Shown here piece by piece: positions 1 to 12,770 of a stretch of DNA of 64,000 nt. How positions within the stretch are numbered: position 1 is the stretch's first letter; each line of letters begins with the position of its first letter. The stretch is from Dendrobates tinctorius. Its lineage: Eukaryota. The notes under the pieces are model-generated. The model did not search any database, had not been told where the DNA came from, and worked only from the letters and a program-made list of their open reading frames with translations. Position numbers and translations under genes: made by a program. The stretch spans positions 31,124,001-31,188,000 of the forward strand of contig NW_027361730.1 in NCBI RefSeq assembly GCF_039654945.1. The letters are read 5' to 3'.

Positions 1-487
1 TATGTAGTATATATGTAGTATGTATGTAGCATGTAGTATGTATGTAGCATGCATGTAGTATATATGTAGTATGTATGTAGCATGTAGTATGTATGTAGTA
101 TGTATGTAGTATGTATGTAGTATATATGTAGTATGTATGTAGCATGTAGTATGTATGTAGCATGCATGTAGTATATATGTAGTATGTATGTAGCATGTAG
201 TATGTATGTAGCATGCATGTAGTATGTATGTAGTATGTATGTAGTATATATGTAGTATGTATGTAGCATGTAGTATGTATGTAGCATGCATGTAGTATAT
301 ATGTAGTATGTATGTAGCATGTAGTATGTATGTAGCATGCATGTAGTATGTATGTAGTATGTATGTAGTATGTATGTAGTATATATGTGTTATGTAGTAT
401 GTATGTATGTAGTATGTATGTAGTATGTATGTAGCATGTAGTATGTATGTAGCATGCATGTAGTATGTATGTAGTATGTATGTAGTA
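1..487. repeat. (TATGTAG/CATGTAG)-type simple repeat array
   Basis: Continuous imperfect 7-11 bp tandem units followed by a poly-T run. Confidence 0.95.
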
Positions 488-645
488 TTTTTTTTTTTTT
501 TTTTAACATTTAACACATTAGCCGGATGATGGGACTACTACTGTCCCATCATTGGCTAATGTGTCAATCACTGTCATGGTAGCAGGCATCGCCAGATGGG
601 ACTTGTAGTCCCATCGGACGATGCTTGCACAGACCCCCGGACATC

Positions 646-905
646 AGCACAGCCCCCCGGCAGGCCGGCACAGCCCCCCGGCAGGCCGGCACAGCCCCCC
701 GGCAGGCCGGTACAGACCCCCACAGGGTGCACAGACCACCGGCAGGCCGGCACAGCCCCCCGGCAGGCCGGTACAGACCCCCACAGGGTGCACAGACCAC
801 CGGCAGGCCGGCACAGCCCCCCGGCAGGCCGGTACAGACCCCGGGCAGTCCACACAGCCCCCGGCAGGCCGGCACAGCCCCCCGGCAGGCCGGCAGAGAC
901 CCCCG
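646..905. repeat. GC-rich ~21-bp minisatellite (GCACAGCCCCCCGGCAGGCCG)
   Basis: Tandem copies with variants; explains the six overlapping repetitive ORFs. Confidence 0.9.
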
Positions 906-1770
906 GAAGGCCCGAAATGACGGCGCATCATGATGCGCACACACCGCGCATCATGATGACGTCAGGCTGTCAATCAACTTTGAACTTCCGATTCCGATGC
1001 CGACTTCCGATATTGAAAAAATATCGGAAGTCGGTATCGGAATTCCGATACAGCAAGTATCGGCCGATACCCGATACTTGCGGTATCGGAATGCTCAACA
1101 CTACTGATGACTCATTATGTACACAATCCTCCCACAAGTGAGGACAGTAGTAGCAGATATCAGCTTTCACAGACAGAAGAAACAGAAATTGAAGTACAAC
1201 TCCTCAAAAACAAAGTGTTAAAATAAAAACACTGGAATCAAGTAGTGCCTTCCTTAAAGGGGCAGCTGCAGCAGAGGAGACTTTTAACCAAGATGAAGAA
1301 GATTATGAATACTCATCTCCTTCAAATAGTCCAAACAAGCAGAGAATAAGAAGGGATTTTAGTGACTAGGCTAATGTACAATCATCAGCATACCATCGCA
1401 TGTCAGAAAAAAATCAAGGAGACCCATGGGAGAATATTAGACCAATGGGGAAGAATTTATCAACAGAAGAGTATACAACCCCTGGAAAAATTATGTAATC
1501 ACCGGCCTTGGAGGATGTTCATGCAGTTGTTTAATTATGCAGAAAAAAAGCAGATCACAGACATGGCACAAAACTAAAGTCATTTCAAATAGCACCTTTC
1601 TGGCTTTAAGAAACACTAAAAGAAATCAAGAGCAAAAAATGTGTTAGTCAGTAATGGTTACCTTTTTAAACCAAGCATAGGGGAAAAATTATGGAGTCAC
1701 TCAATTCTGAGGAAAAAATTATGGAATCATAAAAAACAATCCAACAAAAAAAAAACACTCCAACACATCA

Positions 1771-3446
1771 CTAGTATTTGTTGCACCACCTCTGGCTTTT
1801 ATAACAGTTTGCAGTCTCTGAGGCATGGACTTATTGAGTGTCAAACAGTACTCTTCATCAATTTGGCTCCAACTTTCTCTTATTGCTGTTGCCAGATCAG
1901 CTTTGCAGGTTGGAGCCTTGTCATGGACCATTTTCTTCAACTTCCACCAAAGATTTTCAATTGGATTGAGATCTGGACTATTTGCAGGCCATGACATTGA
2001 CCTTATTTGTCTGTTTTCAATTAATGTTTTCACAGTTTTTGCTCTATGGCAGGATGCATTATCATCTTGAAAAATGATTTCATCATCCCCAAACATCCTT
2101 TCAATTGATGGGATAAAAAAAGTGTCCAAAATATCAACATAAACTTGTGCATTTATTGAAGATGTAATGACAGCCATGTCAAGTTACAAGGACACAGGCA
2201 AAGTGTACGTGAAGGACTCTTACCCGCAGCTGCGAGAGTCCGGCATCTAACGTGGGTATGAGCAGACCAGCTCGAGGACCTGTGGGAGGTGGAGCAACGG
2301 TGAAGACCTGGGCGCTCACAGGACCTGCGTGCATGTGACAGCTCGTCAGGGAGAGAGGGGTTACCACAGAAACCCCTGCAGCACCGACAGTAACACTGAT
2401 GATACCGTGGCTCAGAGGAGTGAATGGCAGACAAGTCAGACAGGCAAAGAGGTCATACACAGGGCGGGCAGCGAGGAACAGTAGGGATAATCACAGAGAG
2501 GTCAATACGTAGCCAGGGGTCATACACAGAGCGGGCGGCAAGGTAAAGGAGGGATAATCACAAAGAGGTCAATACGTAGCCAGGGGTCATACACAGAGCG
2601 GGCATAAAGGTACAAAGTTAGAATGCAAGAGACGTTAACCGTGACGGGACCGGATCAAAAACCAAGCAAGCATACAGAGACAGGCATGAAGCACAGACGG
2701 AACAGGGTCAGGCACACTCAGCTAAGAGTATAAATGACAGGGGACGGTTCCTCCATGAGGATATAAGAACCCTCTCCGGATCTATAGAGAGGCTTCCCAT
2801 ATTAACCTCTGCACCGCCTAACCTGAAGCCTCAGTAAACCATGACAAGCCATCTCCCCAGTGCCTTTACCTGACATGCAGCCCCATATCATCAATGACTG
2901 TGGAAATTTGCATGTTCTCTTCAGGCAGTCATCTTTATAAATCTCATTGGAACGGCACTAAACAAAAGTTCCAGCATCATCACCTTGCCCAATGCAGATT
3001 CGCGATTCATCAGTGAATATAACTTTCATCCAGTCATCCACAGTCCACGATTGCTTTTCCTTAGCCCATTGTAACCTTGTTTTACTGTTTAGATTTAATG
3101 ATGGCTTTTGTTTAGCTTTTCTGTATGTAAATCCCATTTCCTTTAGGCAGTTTCTTACAGTTCGGTCACAGACCTTGACTACAGTTTCCTCCCATTCGTT
3201 CCTCATTTGTTTTGTTGTGCATTTCCTGTTTTGGAGACATATTGCTTTAAGTTTCCGGTCTAGACACTTTGATGTCTTCCTTGGTCTACCAGTATGTTTG
3301 CCTTTAACAACCTTCCCATGTTGTTTGTATTTTGTCCAGATTTTAGACACAGCTAACTGTGAACAATCAACATCTTTTGCAACATTGCATGATGATTTAC
3401 CCTCTTTTAAGAGTTTGATAATCCTTTCCTTTGTTTCAGTTGACAT
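1771..3446 (-). pseudogene. Tc1 DD34E transposase, disrupted by a solo LTR and stops
   Basis: HTH N-terminus, GRPRKTS, FTDES, FQDDNA, SPDLNPIENLW. Confidence 0.92.
2177..2846. mobile_element. Solo LTR inserted in the Tc1 transposase
   Basis: TGTCA...TGACA termini, 5-bp TSD AGCCA (2172-2176, 2847-2851); removal restores the GTGEMAVITS frame. Confidence 0.9.
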
Positions 3447-3947
3447 CTCTCATGTTGGAGCCATGATTCATGTCAGTTCACTTGGTGCAACAGCTCTCCA
3501 AGGTGTGATCACTCCTTTTTAGATGCAGACTAATGAGCAGATCTAATTTGATGCAGGTGTTAGTTTTGGGAATGAAAATTTACAGGGTGATTCCATATTT
3601 TTTCCCTCAGAATTGAGTGGCTCCATAATTTTTTCCCTATGCTTGGTTTAAAAAAGTAACCATTACTGATTAACACATATTTGTTCTTGATTTCTTTTAG
3701 TTTTTCTTAAAGCCAGAAAGTTGCCATTTGAAATGACGTTAGTTTTGTGCCATGTCTGTGATCTGCTTTTTTTCTTCAAAATTAAACAACTGAATGAACA
3801 TCCTCCAAGGCCAGTGATTACATAATTTTTGCCAGGGGTTGTATAACTGAAGCTCTTGAAACATTTGGCAAGTCAATTCAAATAAGCATAGAAAAGCAAT
3901 TTAATTTTATCCAAAACTCAATAGAAAATATTAATACAAAACTGGAA

Positions 3948-4415
3948 GTGTATGATAGAAAGATAAATAACATGGAACAAGCCATAGAATCAAATAATAA
4001 GGACCAGAAAGAACTGAGTGAAGATATAAAAAATCTAAAAGCAAAGATGGCAGATCTGGAGGACCAAAACAGAAGAAATAACCTGAAGATGAGAGGTATC
4101 CCAGAGGGTATCACACAATCCAAACTCCAACCTTTCATTCAGGATTTAATAAAGAAAACAATTCCAGACATTAAAGAAGTGGACACAAAGATGGACAGAA
4201 TTCATAGACTGTCAAGACCAGAAAACATGTCCCCAGAGTTACCAAGGGACGTAATAATGCGTTTTCACTTTTTTCAGACAAAAGAACAGATCACAGAATA
4301 CATAAAGGAAAATGACAACCTCCCAGCTCCCCTTGAAAAATTAAGATATTCTCAGACTTTCCTAAAGAAACACTGGCAGCAAGAAGAGCATTTGTGGATG
4401 TCACGTCCTTTCTGA
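3948..4415 (+). pseudogene. L1 ORF1p (coiled coil and RRM) fragment
   Basis: LEDQNRRNNLKMRGIPE and RIHR motifs typical of L1 ORF1. Confidence 0.88.
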
Positions 4416-4837
4416 GATGAGAAGAGATCCCCTACAGGTGGGGCTTTCCCACAAAAATCCTCATACTTCAACATGGGAAAATCATCCCTATCTACAGACC
4501 AGAAGAGACAAAAGAGACACTAAAAAGGATTGGAAAGAACTACCAACCTTCATCTGAAGAATTCATCCTCCAACAGGATTAATCATAAAGCCCAATCTTT
4601 AGGATTTATATACATTTGGGGTCTCGGAAGCCCAACCTGTGGTGAAGATTTATAAGGATGCCAGAGCCAACAAATATCCTTTATATTTTCTTCACTGAAC
4701 ATTTATTCTTTTTCCAGGGATCAAGTCAGAACTATGCACCAAGAGGTTGTTAGCCATTTAGTTTTAGTTTTTTTTTAATCTGTTGGCACCACCTGGAGTC
4801 AATAGAGATAGTGTTAACAGATTCCTTTTCTCTTATA

Positions 4838-5878
4838 CAAGGGGCTGCAGATAAGTCTTGGACTTTGATCTTTTTTATGTTTCCATGGTAATGAATGTTA
4901 CATCACATGAAAGCCTAATGTGTCTAATATATGTTTTCAAAATTTTGTGTTTTTTAGCTTATGGCAACAGTGTTCTACACACGCGGGAAAACAAAATGGC
5001 GAAGTCTAATGCGATATTCACAGCAACTGAGTGCAGAGGAGTGATAAAATTCTTGTTTCTTCAAGGAAAGTCCACAAAGGATATTCATGGTGATATGTTG
5101 CAGACATTGGGGGATCAATGCCCTTCATATTCTACAGTTAAGAACTGAATTGCCAAATTTAAAATGAGCCACTTCAGCACCAACGATGAGGAATGTCCTG
5201 GATGACCTAGTGTGGTTGTTGTTCCAGAGATCGTCAATGCTGTGCAAAACCTCATACTGGAGAATTGGCGAATTTCAGCTAAAGCAATAGCAGACATCAT
5301 GGGGATTTCCCATGAATGTTTTTGTGTAATTATCCATGAACATTTGGACATGAATAAGCTATCAGCAAAGTGGGTCCTTAAATGTTTGACAACAGATCAG
5401 AAAAGCATGCGAGTGAAAGCTTCCTTGTCCATTTGTCAGCATTTCCAGACTGATAAGAACTTCCTGGATCGACTGGTCACTATGGACGAGACCAGAATTA
5501 TTTGTATGACCCTGAAACCAAGGAGTAGTCAAAAGAGTGGAGGCACAGTGGTTGTCCTCGTCCAAAGAAGTTCAGGGTGCAAAAATCAGCCACTGAGGTG
5601 ATGGTGTCTGTGTTCTGGGATAAGGAGGGTGTGCTGCTAGTGGACTACCTTCAAAATGGTCCCACCATCAATGTAAGGTATTACATTGAACTTTTGGACC
5701 AATTGAAGGCAGCTCTGAAGACCAAAAGGTGCGGCAAGCTGTCCAAAGGAATCTTGTTCCCGCAAGACATCGCCTCCGCTCACACTGTACAAGCGACCAA
5801 TGTGGAATAAATGTAAAGGTTCATCTTCCTATCTTGTTTATTTCTGGGTAAAGCCAAAGACTTATCATCAGCCCCTCA
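4838..5878 (+). mobile_element. Mariner-family transposon, internally deleted; transposase pseudogene from ATG 4996
   Basis: TIRs CAAGGGGCTGCAGATAAGTCTT / AAGACTTATCATCAGCCCCTCA flanked by TA; WVLKCLT (WVPxxL-like), TMDET, QDIASAH; the region with the third catalytic D is missing. Confidence 0.9.
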
Positions 5879-6401
5879 TATACCAACAGGGAATATATCG
5901 TGGTTGTATTATAGTTTTTTTACAATCAGTAATATTAATACATAATACTTATTTTCACTGTAACAAATGTACTGTTTTGTTTTGAGTTGTATTAACCTTT
6001 TTACACAAATTAGGAGGGGTACTTTCCAGCCACCTGAGGACCCAGTGGGATAAAAATGAAAGTAAGTTTTTTATTATTAAATGTAAAGGGTTTAAATAGC
6101 CCAAATAAAAGATGCATATTATAGAAAGAAATTAAATAATCCAATGAAAATATAATTGGCTTACAAGAGACTAAATTTGCTCAGGGGAAAACCACAAAAT
6201 TCACAAAGACATTCCACACATTATATCATCTTGTAACAATAAAAAAAGAGCAGGAGTCATGCTGATTATAAAAAATACTATTAATTTTCTAATAATGGAC
6301 CAAATAATTGATAATGAAGGCAGGTTCATAATTTTAGTGTGTACAATTGACAATACATTGTACTATAACCAATATTTATGCACCTAACAAAAGTCAGATT
6401 A

Positions 6402-7765
6402 CCATATTTTTCAGACTATAAGACGCATCGGCCCATAAGACGTACCTAGGTTTTAAAGGAGGAAATTATGAAAAAAATTGAAGCAAAAAATCTGGTCAAT
6501 TCTGTACTTAATATCCCCTATCCTTGTATATGGTCCCCTCATCCCAATTCTGCTACACATGGCCCCCTCACCCCTATCCTGGTATTGATGGCCAGCCTCA
6601 TCCCTACCCTGGTATGCATGGCTCACCTCATCCCTACCCTAGTATGCATGGCCCCCCTCATCCCTACCCTGGTATGCATGGCCCCCTTCAACCCTACTCT
6701 GGTATGCATGGCCCCCCTCATCCCTACCCTGGTGTGAATGGCCCTCATCCCCATCCTAGTCTGCATGCCTCCTTATCCCTAGACTGATATGCATGCACCC
6801 TCGTCCCTATCCTGGTAGGAATGGTCCCCCTCATCCCTATCCTGGTAGTCATGATCCCCCTCATCCCTATCCTGGTATGCAGGGCCCCATCCCTATTCTG
6901 GTATGCAGGGCCCAATCCTAAACCTGGTATGATTGGCCCCATCCCGGTCCTGGTATGCATGGTCCTATTCTTGCCCTGGCATGATTGGCCCCATCCCGAT
7001 CCTGGTATGCATGGTCCCTTCTTTATCCTGGTATGATTGGCCCCATCAGAAAATATTAAAAAACAAACCATTACACTTACCTTTCTGGCGCTCCCTTGTT
7101 CCGATGCCAGCAACTACTTTATCCTTGTAAGCAGCGCATGGCAGGGATGTCATGCACTGCTTGCAAGCTGAAGGGCAGCTGCAGGAATATTCAATGCTCT
7201 GCACGCCGGGACTGTGTGCGTGCAAAGCAGTGAGTATTCTTTGCTCTCTAGTGAGCACAGTGTCAGCCGGAGACTTCCTGCTGCTGTCGGCGGTCACGTG
7301 TGCAGATACTAAATAGAAATAAATATTCATGGAATGGGGTGAATATTCATTTCTCTTAAGTATCGGCACACGTGACCGCCGGCAGCAGCAGGAAGTCTCC
7401 GACTGACACTGTGCTCGCTAGAGAGCAATGAATACTCACCGCTCTCTGCGCACACAGTCCCGTGTGCAGAGCATTGAGTATTCCGGCAGCTGCCCTTTGG
7501 CTTGCAAGCAGTGCATGATGTCCCTGCCATGCGCTGCTTACAAGCATAAAGCAGCTGCTGGCATCAGAGCAGGGCGCTGCGAGGGAGTGCCAGGAATGTA
7601 AGTGGAATGGTTTGGTTTTTTAATGTTTTATGATGGGGCCATGCATACCAGGATGGGGGCCAATCTTAACAGGATAAGGAAAGGATGATATCAATCATCC
7701 CAGGACCGGGATGGGGGACGATAATACCAGGATGCCATTAAAGAGAAATGAATATTTATTGCCCT
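6402..7765. mobile_element. pogo/Tigger-like non-autonomous element (right end lost) inside L1 ORF2
   Basis: TA followed by CCATATTTTTCAGACTATAAGACGCA terminus; contains a minisatellite and a long palindrome; L1 frame resumes at FSRIDL. Confidence 0.7.
6534..7046. repeat. ~30-bp minisatellite (CCCCCTCATCCCTACCCTGGTATGCATGG)
   Basis: Tandem degenerate copies. Confidence 0.9.
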
Positions 7766-8535
7766 GCTTTTCGAGGATTGACCTTTTACTTACCAATATA
7801 TACATGATACAAAAAAATAAAACTGTAGAAATTGGTACGATCACTTGGTCAGATCACGCCCCACTGAAATGTGAGATTGAATCGAGTAACACTATTAAAA
7901 ATTCCATAATAGGGAAATGCAATAATTTTATAATTCAACTCCCCCAGTTTAAAAAAGAAATTGAAGAGGCATTAGAAAATTATTTTAAAGAAAATCCATC
8001 AAATAATTTATCACCACATACATTCTGGAGCGCCAATAAGGCAGTTATGAGAGAGATATTAATTCAGATGTCATCGACATATGAGAGTTAAAAAGGGAAA
8101 CAATTGTGGAAATTACAAAACAAATAAAAAATGCATTAAAAGCCCAGCAAGAACTTACTACACCTTCACCAGACCTTCACAAAAAAATTGTAGGGTTAAG
8201 AATAGAACATAAAGCCCATTTATCAGACGAATACGATAAATACAACAAGAATATGAAAATTAATCACTATTTTTCTAATAATAAACCAACAAAACTTATG
8301 AAAAGGAGGATCAAAGAGCAAAAGGCCAAATCAAGAATTGCACTAATTAAAAATGAGAAAGGAGAAAGACAAGAACACCCAAAAGATATATCAAAAGCAT
8401 TTGCAGAATACTACGAGGCATTATATAATCTAAAAAATTACAAACAATTCAACCAACAGAAAAAAAACCATAAACAACTTATTTAAGAACCTTCTGATAC
8501 CAAAATTAGATTGTGAAAAACTAGATAATCTAAAC

Positions 8536-8697
8536 CAGGGTTCCCCAACTCCAGTCCTCAAGGCCCACCAACAGATCATGTTTTCAGGATTTCCTTTGTA
8601 TTGCACAGGTGATGCATTTGTCACCTGAGCAATACTAAGGAAATCCTGAAAACATGATCTGTTAGTGGGCCTTGAGGACTGGAGTTGTGGAACCCTG
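8536..8697. mobile_element. 162-bp palindromic hAT MITE
   Basis: CAGGG...CCCTG ends, near-perfect hairpin, 8-bp TSD ATCTAAAC (8528-8535, 8698-8705). Confidence 0.93.
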
Positions 8698-10637
8698 ATC
8701 TAAACAAACCATTTACAGAACCTGAAATACAAGAAATTATAAGTAAACTAAAAAACAACAGGGCCCCAGGCCCCGATGAGTTCAGTAACAAATATTATAT
8801 AGCTTATACAAACAAATTAACCTCCCATATAACTAAAGTATTCAACACCTTTTTAATTCAAGGAAACATGCCAAAAGAAATGGTAGAAGCAAGTATAATA
8901 GTCATATAAAAAAAACCAAGGTTACCAAACATTAGTAAAAAATTACCGGCACATATCACTACTAAAGTTGGACATCAATATATACTCAAAAGCTATTGCT
9001 AATACTGTAGACTAAAAAATATTACCTAAAATTATACACCAGGACCAAGTAGGATTTGTATATGGTTGACAGGCCTCTGATGCAACCAGAAGGCTTATCA
9101 ACCTCATTAGCCTAGTAGAGCTTGAGCAAATGCCTTCTCTGCTCCTCATCCTGGATGCAGAGAAGGAATTTGATATGATTCATTGGGGAATTCTCACTTC
9201 CACCCTTGAAAAATTTGGCTTTAGTGGTCCCATCATGAATGGAAAAATGGCACTGTATAAAAATCCCTCGGCTGTACTTTGGAAATCTTTATCATCACCA
9301 ATGGAACGAGTCAAGGTTGCCCTCTCTCTCCCATACTATTTTCAATAGTAATGGTGCCATTATTATAACTATTTGCAGAAAAAAATAGAATAAATCTTCT
9401 AATTAAAGGTATTCCAACAAAAGTCAGAAACTATAAAATAAGTCTACTTGCAGACAATGTAATTCTCATCATAACTAATCCTTTAGAATCATTTAGAGAG
9501 ATAATCAAAACAAAAGATGAATTTTCCATTTTATAAAACCAACCAGAACAAATCACAAATTTTGAACTTATACTTGGATGAGGAAGAAAAGGAGAGTATT
9601 ATGAAAGAATTCAAGTATGTATGGGAAAAAGACACTATACCATATTTGGTAATTCATATAGCTAGGAAAACAAAAGACTTAATAGATACAAATCTGGCCT
9701 TAATTCAGAACAACATAAAGATTGCTATCACAAAATTTGCCAATCAAAACATATCTTGGTTGGAAAAAACATTGACATATAAGATGTTTTGTCTCCCTAA
9801 AATACTTTATGTATTTAGAACAATCCCCCTTGAGGTTTCTTAAAACTGGCTACAGAATTTACAAACCCAAGTTTTGGCTTTTATTTGGAGCAGTAAAAGA
9901 CCAAGGGTTGCTAACGCTACACTGCAAAAACAGAAAAAAATGGAGGCGTAAGCGCGCCAACAACTTAATCAAATAAAGTAAAAAATGGATCAACAGTAAT
10001 GGTAACACAGGATGGGTATTACGTTACAAATGTTAAACAATAACAAATCATTAAAATCTCTAATTTTAGCCCATATCTTAGATTCATCTCTTCAATTGCC
10101 ATAATTTCCAACCCTACAAGCTTCAATTAGATCATGGAAACTACTAAACAAAAAAGTAATAGACCATCCCATCTAGGATAAAATAAAAAAATATTCCAAC
10201 AAGCATTCTAGAATAGGCATTAACATATGTACCATTAGAGGAATGGGAAAAAAAGCATGAATCACTTGGATGACATATATCAAGAAAGAACTAAAGCACT
10301 ATTGCCTTTCTACATGCTACACAAAAATATAAATCAGATGATATTGAGTTTGCAAAATACTTGGACATTAAAAGATACATAAACAAAAAAAATAAAAGAA
10401 AAAACAGAACCAACATCTACAAATACCTAAACCAATAATCACTTTGTTTGAGGAACCCAATAATGAAATAAAATAGAAAACATATAGTATATATAAACTT
10501 TTTAATAACAACATTGATCTTAAAAAGACAACTAACATGACAAACTGGTTGAAGGATCTGAACTTTACTCAAGATTCAGACCAATGTGAAAAATCTATTA
10601 AAACAGTATGTAATCTGTTTTCTGTAATCAGTATGTA

Positions 10638-11095
10638 ATCACGTAATCTCTGGTCCTCCCAAGACCTCCTTCTCTCCTCGACACTTATTCGTGCCTCACC
10701 CAACCGCCTCCAAGATTTTTCCTGAATATCCCCCATCCTCTGGAATTCTTTGGCCCAACACGTCTGACTATCAACCACATTCGGATCCTTCAGACGGTAC
10801 CTGAAAACCTATCTCTTCAGGAAAGCTTACAGCCTGCAATGACCTCGCTACCTCCTAACCACTACTGGAGCTATTGCCTCACCATCACTGGAGCTGCTGC
10901 AACCCCCCAACCTACTGTCTCCTTCCCCACCATCCTGTAGAATATAAGCCCGCAAGGGCAGGGTGTTCTCTCTTCTCTATATCAGTCTGTGATTGTTAGT
11001 TTGTTTACTGTAAGTGATATCTGTAATTTGTATGCAACCCCTTCTCATGTACAGCACCATGGAATCAATGGTGCTATATAATTAAATACTAATAA
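10638..11095 (+). mobile_element. 5'-truncated L2 LINE 3' end; (TAA)n tail continues at 12905-12918
   Basis: Translates PILWNSL...SFRRYLKTYLFRKAY; L2-type 3' stem-loop TGTACAGCACCATGGAATCAATGGTGCTATATA. Confidence 0.8.
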
Positions 11096-11451
11096 TCTCT
11101 ATATATAAAACTGAATGTATGTATGTGTGTATCACCAACCAATCATGAAGCATCTTTCATTTCACCAGAGCTGTTCAAAAGAAGCTGAGCTGTGATTGGT
11201 TGCTATGAACAACAGTTTTCCTTGCAACCAATCACTAAGCATCTCTCATTTCACCAGAGCTGGTTAAAAGTAGCTGAGCTGTGATTGGTTGCTATGAGCA
11301 AGTTTTCCCACTTCACAACACCTCAGCAGACACTGACATGGTGGGAGAAATCTAGCATCCCTGGGAACATAAGCTCCCAGCCATTGTCAGCCTCCCAGAA
11401 AGGAGCACAGAGCACATGACAGAAATGAATCCCCCCCTCCCGTGGATCAAT

Positions 11452-12339
11452 GGTATGCAAGTTAGGGCAAATCCAATCAGCATTTTGGTACTGACCCCAG
11501 GCCTTTCTTAAAGGGATCTCCGATATGGAAGGCAGGGCAAATCCATCCAGTGCTTTGGTTCTGACCCCATGCCTCTCTTAAAGGGATCCTCGGTATGGAA
11601 GTCAGGGCAATTGCCTTCAAATGCTCTGGTACTGACCCCAGGCTCTCTTAAAGGGATCTCCTGTACGGAAGTTAGGGCAAATCCTTCAGTATTCTGATTG
11701 TGACCCCAGGGTTCTATTAAAGGGATCATTGATATGCAAGTCAGGGCAAATTCATCCAGCGCTCTGGTTCTGATCCCAGGCTTTCTTAAAAGGATCCCCG
11801 GTATGGAAGTTAGGGCAAATCCACTCAGCGCTCTGGTTCTGATCCAAGGCCCCTCTTAAAGGGATCCCCAGTATGGAAGTGATGGCAAATCCAATCTGCA
11901 CTTTGGTACTGACCCCAGTCCTCTCTTAAAGGGATCCCCAGTAAGGAAATCAGGGCAATTGCCTTCAAATGCTCTGGTACTGACCCCAGGCTCTCTTAAA
12001 GGGATCTCCGGTATGGAACTTAGGACCGTTCCACTCAGCGCTGTGGTTCTGGCCCCAGGGTTCTATTAAAGGGATCATTGGTATGCAAGTCAGGGCAAAT
12101 CCACTCAGCGTTCTGATTCTGATCCCAGGCTTTCTTAAAGGGATCTCTGGTATAGAAGTTATTGTAAATCCCTCAGCGCTCTGATTCTCACCCCAGGGTT
12201 CTATTAAAGGGATCATTGGTATGGAAGTCAGGGCAAATCCACTCAGCGCTCTGGTTCTGACGCCAGGCCTCTCTTAAAGGGATCACTGGTATGGAAGTTA
12301 GGACTGTTCCACTCAGCGCTCTGGTTCTGACCCCAGGCT
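11452..12339. repeat. ~69-70-bp tandem repeat, about 13 copies
   Basis: Unit GGTATGGAAGTTAGGGCAAATCCACTCAGCGCTCTGGTTCTGACCCCAGG...TTAAAGGGATC. Confidence 0.9.
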
Positions 12340-12770
12340 GACGGGATGATGTGGGATATTAGGGGTAGTAGTCCGGTGGCTGTGGCTGATGGGATGATGT
12401 ACAATATTAGGGGTAGTAGTCCAGTGGCTCTGGCTGACAGGATGATGTGGGATATTAGGGGTAGTAGTCCGGTGGCTCTGACGGGATGATGTGGGATATT
12501 AGAGGTAGTAGTCCGGCGGCTGTGACGGGATGATGTGGGATATTAGGGGTAGTAGTCCGGCGGATGTGACGGGATGATGTGGGATATTAGTGGTAGTTGT
12601 CTGGTGGCTCTGACTGATGGGATGATGTGGGATATTAGGGGTAGTAGTCCGGTGGCTTTAACGGGATGATGTGGGACATTAGTAGTCCGGTGGCTCTGGC
12701 TGATGAGACGATGTGGGATATTAGGTGTCGTAGTCCGGTTGCTCTGGCTGACGGGATGATTTGGGTATTA
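12340..12770. repeat. ~44-48-bp tandem repeat, about 10 copies
   Basis: Unit GACGGGATGATGTGGGATATTAGGGGTAGTAGTCCGGTGGCT. Confidence 0.9.

Larger units (their letters stand above)
1..1103. mobile_element. Right part of a non-autonomous hAT-type DNA transposon (left end outside window)
   Basis: Ends in GCTCAACACTA (reverse complement TAGTGTTGAGC), close to the TAGAGTTGAGCGA TIR of the hAT at 32960; subterminal CCGATA/TATCGG palindromes; carries micro- and minisatellites. Confidence 0.65.
1476..3841 (-). mobile_element. Tc1-family DNA transposon with long TIRs
   Basis: Starts CAACCCCTGG, ends CCAGGGGTTG, with TA(TA) on both sides; ~250-bp inverted ends. Confidence 0.95.

Noticed and set aside
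564-1141. Overlapping Pro/Gly/Cys-rich ORFs
   Set aside because: Translations of a 21-bp minisatellite
4858-5810. SETMAR-like host gene
   Set aside because: No SET domain, TIR/TA boundaries present, multiple stops and an internal deletion
6468-7130. PHPYPGMHG-repeat protein
   Set aside because: Translation of a 30-bp minisatellite inside a MITE-like element
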